Shown here piece after piece: positions 57,172 to 64,000 of a DNA stretch of 64,000 nt. The translations under genes were made by a program, and so were the position numbers. How positions within the stretch are numbered: the stretch's first letter is position 1; each line of letters opens with the position of its first letter. The notes beneath the pieces are model-generated. The model saw nothing but the letters and a program-made list of their open reading frames with translations, had not been told where the DNA came from and searched no databases. Origin of the DNA: Flaccisagitta enflata (lineage: Eukaryota); contig OZ231126.1 in the NCBI GenBank assembly GCA_965153355.1, positions 39,556,001-39,620,000 on the forward strand, given 5' to 3'.

Positions 57172-58126
57172 GGGGGAAAAAGGGACAGAGAGAGCAACAG
57201 AGAAAAACATATAACACAGGGTTATCATTGGGGACAGGTGGCCAAGGGCATCCAATGCCCATCCACTCCCCAACCCCCACACACAAGCATCTAGACCACT
57301 TTTTTTCCACTCGGATGGACAGACGGACCAACAGACTAATGGATGGACTGACAGACAAAGCCTCTCATAGAGTACGGAGTTGAAATGTGGGAGAGACTGT
57401 GCCGCCAGGATGCACAATTATCACCTGGGACATTTCAAGGTTCAAATAGACTCGATTCCTTGTTGTGGGAAACCGCGAAAAATGCGGCAAAATAAAAAAA
57501 GATCAAAAAATCATAGCTCCAAAACTATTGATCGCACAGAATTCTGCTTGGTGTCATCTGAATGAGGAGAATTAGCTCTTTTTTAGCTATTAATTTCATG
57601 CGTAGTCTCGTTCTGCCCCCATTTATGATAAATATATTTCTATTATATGTTGTTAAAACAAATGCTAAATATCAAAGTCTGGGGATGTTTTCATACTATT
57701 TATATTAAAAACTATAAAATATTATCCTAATTATACTAAAATCTAAGTGTTTTATCTATGTTAATTAAATATTACCTTGAGCGAAATTTTTTTCTCATGA
57801 TTTAATTTAAAGCCTTCATATGTTCTTAAGATGTTCAAATTTTGGAGCGATTCGAAGCCTATATGTTCTTATAAACTAGGTTCTTATAGAAAAAAAAGTA
57901 TATTCGGCCTTGTTGAATCTTTAACCTCATGCTCATTTGTTCGCCGGTTAAACACGGTATTCTTACATTCCGTTTAGTTTCAAATATTTCTCTCGTCCTT
58001 CGCTTTATTCTTAACTGAAATGAGAACATCAAAGAACAGGTCAAAAGAACGTCTGGAATACACAAGCACACTGACATGGACACACAGCCACAAACACAGA
58101 CACTCAAACACAGCGGCGAACAGAGG

Positions 58127-58208
<82 letters not shown>

Positions 58209-58253
58209 AACAAACAAACAAACAAACAAACAAAAAAAAAAAAAAACACACAA

Positions 58254-58348
<95 letters not shown>

Positions 58349-59711
58349 CAGAGAGAGATAGAGAGAGACAGAGAGAGTTCTAACGCACACGACCCTCACT
58401 TGACCTAAACCGACCTAACCTGACGTGGCTTGTTTTACGCGTCCACACTCACACGCCCTGATTTACACATCTTTGGGACCCGATAAAAAACTTCATTCAC
58501 TTAACTAATGATCCTTTTTTTAGTTGCTGATTTATTGACTCTCCTCCGCAAAAAATTGAAATCAATCATCTATCTTATAGAATGTTTTTTTTTTTCATTC
58601 ATTCATCATTTGTTCTCAAATTATCTAAACTATAATGACACTTTTTTGTTATTTGTTTGTGAAGAGGCTTGAAGAATCATTGAGACACTAATAAACAGAG
58701 TTTGCAAGTTTTGATTCTGCGTTTAACTAGTTGGTCATGAAACTGGACATGAACCGGATACGAATTCTGAAGAAAGGGGTTCAATAGCGCAGTGATGGCT
58801 TTTGATTCTTTTCGAGATTTCCAAACAATCTCCGTTGCTATGGGAACTTTATCCCGCATGAAATTCGATTATTTTAGCTTAAAAAAGAAATTAAAGCTAG
58901 CGAATTTCTGGGCGGATGTGTTTGTCGGTAGCTGCGCCGAGCATTGCTCGGCTGTCCCAACCTCACATGTATTATGATTATATAACTTTTATAAGAATGG
59001 CAATGGCTTCTAAAAATGGTGGTTTTTCCCACACCTCAATAGGACGTGAGGGGAACTGCAAACTGGTCAGGGCCAGCGCTGTTTAAATCGACTAACCGAA
59101 CACATTTTTATCAAAAAAAGACTAGAAAAAATTCATCATATGATAGCCCGAACAAAAGAAAGAGCTTAGGAGCAAAGTGAAGGACATCCACCCACGCCTC
59201 TTTCACATGAAGTATATAAGTGTCTTGGTTTGTCATTTATGGCCCTACTCATTAGCCAATCAAGATCATCAAAGTCAATAAATCATGTGCTTGAGTTATC
59301 ATTTTTCACGTTTCTGCCCACACTTTTTGGGCAGCGGCCACGAAGGGGGCCAAAGACCTATGCTTTTATATGAGAGAATATTCTAAATCATAGCATTGAG
59401 GCTCCAATTCTTTTTTGTTGCGCACATGCAACTCTATTAGAGCTTTTGTCTGTCCGTCCGTTCGTCCGTCCGTCCGTCCGTCCGTCAGCCCGTCCGTCTG
59501 TCGGTCGATCCGTGAACACGAGTCAAAAAGTGTGAAAACGCGCATTTCCGCCCCTGCCCATCCGTCTGCCAGAGTCTTGGACTAAAATCCAAACCTCAGG
59601 TCTTAAATTTTAATTCAAGTACAACTTACAAGAGCCATCGGGATCCACTGACCATCTGACACTTTTGCGACCATTCTTTGTTTTAATTTTTTCCCTTTTT
59701 ATTCCGTTCAG

Positions 59712-59901
59712 GTCTTTGAGCGGTAACGATTGTTCAGGAGACTACGTGAGCCTGCATCACGATAACAGAGTGGTCCGCGGGCCGATGTGTGATCGAAACA
59801 AGCCCAGAGACCTTTCCATGCCCATCGAACACAATCACTCGAAAATCACGATCAACTTCAACACCGATCATCAAGACGCCAGTAAAGGCTTCGAGATGGT
59901 G
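59712..59901 (+). CDS. CUB/mucin-like gene, exon C, + copy (CUB1 C-terminal half)
   Basis: GTTCAG| acceptor, GTG|GTAAGC donor. SLSGNDCSGDYVSL...GPMCDRNKP...ITINFNTDHQDASKGFEMV has the CUB C..DYV, C, FxTD and GF motifs. 190 nt, phase 2 to 0. Confidence 0.88.
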
Positions 59902-60017
59902 GTAAGCGCCTTAATAAACATCTTGTACCTTTCTCACGCCGTTCACATTCGCGGGCACGCAATGTCGTTTGCCACTGTTTGAGCAGATAAATGTTTTTTC
60001 CTTTCTTGCATTCTCAG

Positions 60018-60324
60018 GTGAAAGCGGTTAAAATTCCACCGCCTCCTTCAGTCATTCCACTCGCCCAGAAAGACTGTCGGCCCACTTCGCTGTTCAACGG
60101 CCGTCACCGCATCTCACCGACCAGCCTCCAATTCACACCAACTTCGAACCTTCCCGGCTGCTCCCCAGTGTCTTATCGCTCTTTCACGTCCTCTTCCTCT
60201 CCTTCGTCCTCCTCCTCTTCTCCCGTCATATTGATGCACGATCATCATGAGTATAAAATGGAATTTAGCGGCGGCGTTTCGGGAAGACTACAAGCCTGCG
60301 GTTGGGTACTGCGGGCGCTACCTG
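60018..60324 (+). CDS. CUB/mucin-like gene, exon D, + copy (linker and start of a divergent second CUB-like domain)
   Basis: TTCTCAG| acceptor, CCTG|GTGAGT donor. VKAVKIPPPP...QACGWVLRALPG. 307 nt, phase 0 to 1. Confidence 0.85.
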
Positions 60325-60881
60325 GTGAGTATGAGGAAGGTCGGAATGACTGGTACACAGCATACACATATACACTTCACTGTTCAGAGAGAGATACAGA
60401 TTTACACATACGGAATGGGTGGGAGATTGGGTTAAAATAAATACCGCGGACGGTTGGGCAGGAGCAGTAATGCGTAAATCGCTCGGAATTCAAAAATGTG
60501 ACGGACCGACCGACGGACCGACCGACCTACCGACCGACACGGCAAGGTGTAGAGTCGCGTGTCCGCGACCAATAAATACCGTTAAATTTTATTGTGTTGG
60601 ACAACTGATATGGCGATTGTTTCTCAATCGGCAGCATTGATCATCTGAATGGAGCAAAAAACAAAGAACAGCAAACAAACAAAATAAAATCACATCGGTA
60701 AACAGATTACAATTGACTTAAGAGAAGTCCTATGAAAAACCAAATTGAGCACAAATGGGCATTTCACAACTGAGCTAAATGCAGCATTGATTTGCTTGCC
60801 TTTTGCCTCTCTCCGATGAAACAGGTCAAAATTGCAAAAAAAAAAAGGAAAAAGTGAAAGAAACATTTTTTTTCATTTCAG

Positions 60882-62452
60882 GTCGCAATATCACGATACG
60901 GTTTGAGTCGCTTCACTTCCGTCGACCCAATGGAACTTCCTGTAGAGATGGACTCCGTTTTTCCAGTGATAATTGCACGGCTCTCCCACCTCTATCGTCC
61001 CATCGAGGATCCGGAAGCATTCGCGGCGGCAGCAGCGGCAGTAGCAGCAGCAGGTCGGCGGAGCGGAGAGCGCCTGTGACTATCTGTGGACGTCGAAAAC
61101 CCAATCCAATCGTTTTTGATAACTTTGTCAAGGTTGAGGCCGTTTTGGCTCACTTTCGAAAACAAAACTCCCATTTCCGAATCGTCGCCGTTGCGGCGGA
61201 AAAGTCCGTCGGTGAAAGTGGTGGTAGAGGAGGAGGAAGAGGAGGAGGAGGAGGAAGGGGAAATGGAGGGAAAGGAGGAAGAGGAAACAATCCCACCCCA
61301 CGGCCAGTGATGCCCCCTTTCCCTTCAATCGCTGGAGCGTCTGAGGGAGGTGATGCAGTGATTATCGACGATACTGCGTTGACGGATGCATCATCATTAT
61401 CAACGGCAGAACCTCAAATTATGACAACAACAACTGCGACAACTACAACAACTTCCCCGCAACAAGTATCAACGATGGAGCAGCGGGAACTCGTGCCAGT
61501 GCAACAAGAATTCGTGCCAGTGCAACAGGAATTCGTGCCAGTGCAGCAGAAATTCGTTCCGCAGCCAGTGACTGTACAACCAGATGCTGTCGAGCCAGAG
61601 GAAGCAATTTTTAGGGGTCCTTCGAAAGGACCCATCGAAGGCTTGGGCAGAGTGATACTCACAACCACATTGGCCGCTAGACTGGCTTCTTCCTCTTCTC
61701 CTTCACCTCCTCCTCCTTCTTCATCATCACCCCCATCGTCTCCAACTGTGTCCTACTCAACAACCTTGTCCTCACCTTCCTCGACAACGTCGACGATCTC
61801 CGCGCAAACAACGCGGTCCATGATCCAGAGTGAAGCGTCAGCGACCTCTTATCCAACGACGCGGAAGCCGCAACATGAACTTCAACCTCCGCAACCACGA
61901 CAACAACAACAACAACAAAGGACTCCTTCTACGATGGAGATTATTAAAAACTACGTCAAGAACATACTTAAGGGCGGCGCTGAGGAGGAGGCGCAACTCC
62001 AAGTCGCCGCCGACGCCGCCGATGACGCCATCGCCGGCAAATCTCCGGCTTCGGCGAATTCTTCTTCCACGATCAACTTCAATCGGCAGAATACGACGCA
62101 AAAAATGGCGCAATCGCCCAGGACGGCGCCCTCGACGCCGTTATTGACCAAAGAGAGCCAAACTTCTTCTACGACGTTGTCATCGACGTTCGACGAGGAA
62201 GCGGATGGCTCTAAGACGCCTCAAGGAGCATCCACAACGCAAGAAACGACAACAACAATAACAAAGGCGCCAACAACGACAATAACAATGGCGCCAACAA
62301 CGACAACAGACAAAAGCCCAGTATATGATTCCTTCATCGTTCAAATCGACAGCAGCAACAACGACGACCATGACTGGCCGGAGGATTGGGGAAATTGGGG
62401 GGAAGAAGGGGAAGAAGAGCAGGTGTACGACGAAGAGACGGAGGGAACTCAA

Positions 62453-62483
<31 letters not shown>

Positions 62484-62555
62484 CTTCTTCCTCATCCGCC
62501 ACCAAAACGTTGGTTCAACCACCCACGACGGCCCAGAAAAAAATAAACCAACCAA
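60882..62555 (+). CDS. CUB/mucin-like gene, exon E, + copy (rest of CUB-like domain 2, Gly-rich and Thr/Ser/Pro-rich region)
   Basis: TTTCAG| acceptor, CCAA|GTAAGT donor. 1674 nt open, phase 1 to 1. RNITIRFESL...SCRDGL...TICGRRKP followed by long low-complexity T/S/P/E tracts. Confidence 0.88.
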
Positions 62556-62701
62556 GTAAGTTTTTTTCTTTATTTCGATAGATTCTTTTTAAAAAAATTT
62601 CATCTTTTTTGGTCAATTTTTATCAGTATTATTGAATTCTTTGCCTTATTTCATCAGCATCTTCAAGACTTGTTAATATAATTCTCATATCCAAATACTA
62701 C

Positions 62702-62803
<102 letters not shown>

Positions 62804-63163
62804 TTTGTTTTTGCGGTTTCTCTGCCCTTCTCCAATCTTAATCACTTTAAAATCTTTTTTTTTTCTTTGCTTAGACAAACAAATATGAAATTCCGCGAAA
62901 CGAGAAAAAGACAGAGAGATAGCAAAGAATCTTTCATTTTTTGCTACGTTTTCAAATTTCATCTCATTTCTTTTTCTTTCTTTTTTCTCTCCTTTTCTTT
63001 TTTATTTCATGTCTGACATTTATATTGACACACATTTAAAACGTTTCATTTCGTTTCATTGAGTCCTCGACCTTAGCTGCTTTTGACATACATCAGATTG
63101 AGTGAATAGATCTAGTTACCATTTTTTTGGTTTTCTCCTGCGTAGATCATTACATGAGATAAC

Positions 63164-63585
63164 GGGAATTGATCCCAATCCATCACGGTCGTAATGGATA
63201 AAGAGATGTACGACGAAAAAATAAGGGCTCTTCTAGATGATCCATCAACCTATAAGAAGCTCATCGCTGACCCCACCAACAGCCACAAGAACACCATCAT
63301 TGCAGCGTTGGCCACCATCAAGGGGTACGTGCCTCAAACCGTCTATTGGCGTCTCTACCCTAACACCAGCCAACCCCCTTTATACTTTGGCAACCCAAAG
63401 ATCCACAAGGAGGGCCTCCCGATGCGTCCCATAGTCTCGGCGCGTAATACCATCTTCAGCGGCCTTACAAAGGAGATGGGTCGCATTCTCTCTCCTCTGG
63501 TTGGCCACACCCAGCACCATCTAAGGGACAGTACCGACCTGAAGAGTAAATTAGAGCACGTGACAATTCCATCCACACACTGCCT
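63164..63585 (+). mobile_element. Penelope-like (PLE) retroelement fragment, N-terminal part of the reverse transcriptase
   Basis: TVVMDKEMYDEKIRALLDDPSTYKKLIADPT...PLYFGNPKIHKEGLPMRPIVS...ILSPLVG matches the PLE pattern VVMD..Y..K...LL.D...Y..L..DPT...YGLPKIHK...PLRPIVS. Breaks off before RT motif A. Confidence 0.85.
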
Positions 63586-64000
63586 ACATATTAAATATAC
63601 ATTTAAGTATTACTACAAGTATGATGGGTATATATATGTAAAGTAAGTATGTATAAGTATGTATGTATATGTATTGATATTGACATTGATAATTTAAAAC
63701 ATTTTGAGATATTATTGAACATTTGTGGAACATTTTGGAGCATTATGGAACATTGTGAACATTATGGAACATTGTGAGCATTGTGGAAATTGGTGTTGTC
63801 AAAATTGGTGTCAGGAAATTGCGTTGTCAAATAAAATTGCGTTGTGGAAATTGGTATTGTAGAAAAATTGCGTTGTGAACGTAAGAGATAGGAAAAGAAA
63901 GGGAGGGAGGAAGAAGTAGCAGAAACAGCAGCATGTATGTGTAAGCATGTTAGTAAGTATATGTAAGCATGTAAAGCATGTGCGCATGTAAGTAGCATGT

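Overview
AT-rich, microsatellite-dense metazoan (probably invertebrate) genomic DNA; species not identifiable from sequence alone. The main feature is one spliced gene for a large CUB-domain, Ser/Thr/Pro-rich (mucin-like) protein that is split across both strands. Exons A and B (39476-41087) occur only on the + strand and exons F and G (11798-8787) only on the - strand. Exons C, D and E occur twice, inside a near-identical ~4.6 kb inverted repeat (15681-20302 and 58533-63163). All seven exons join through GT-AG sites in matching phase into one open frame of ~1293 codons, but neither strand carries the full set in this window. Inverting the 38 kb between the repeats would restore an intact gene. 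This could be a real inversion or flip-flop, trans-splicing, a partial duplicate of a gene completed beyond the window, or a misassembly. The + copy ends at a Penelope-like RT fragment. Also present: a frameshifted antisense spliced relic (possibly transposase-related) in the large intron, a ~4.3 kb 66-bp satellite, many DINE-1/HINE-like elements, a foldback family with 20-bp subrepeats, hAT-type and Tc1/pogo-type MITEs, a LINE 3' end and very long (AG)n/(TTTC)n tracts that explain most ORF-track entries. No rRNA, tRNA or CRISPR seen.
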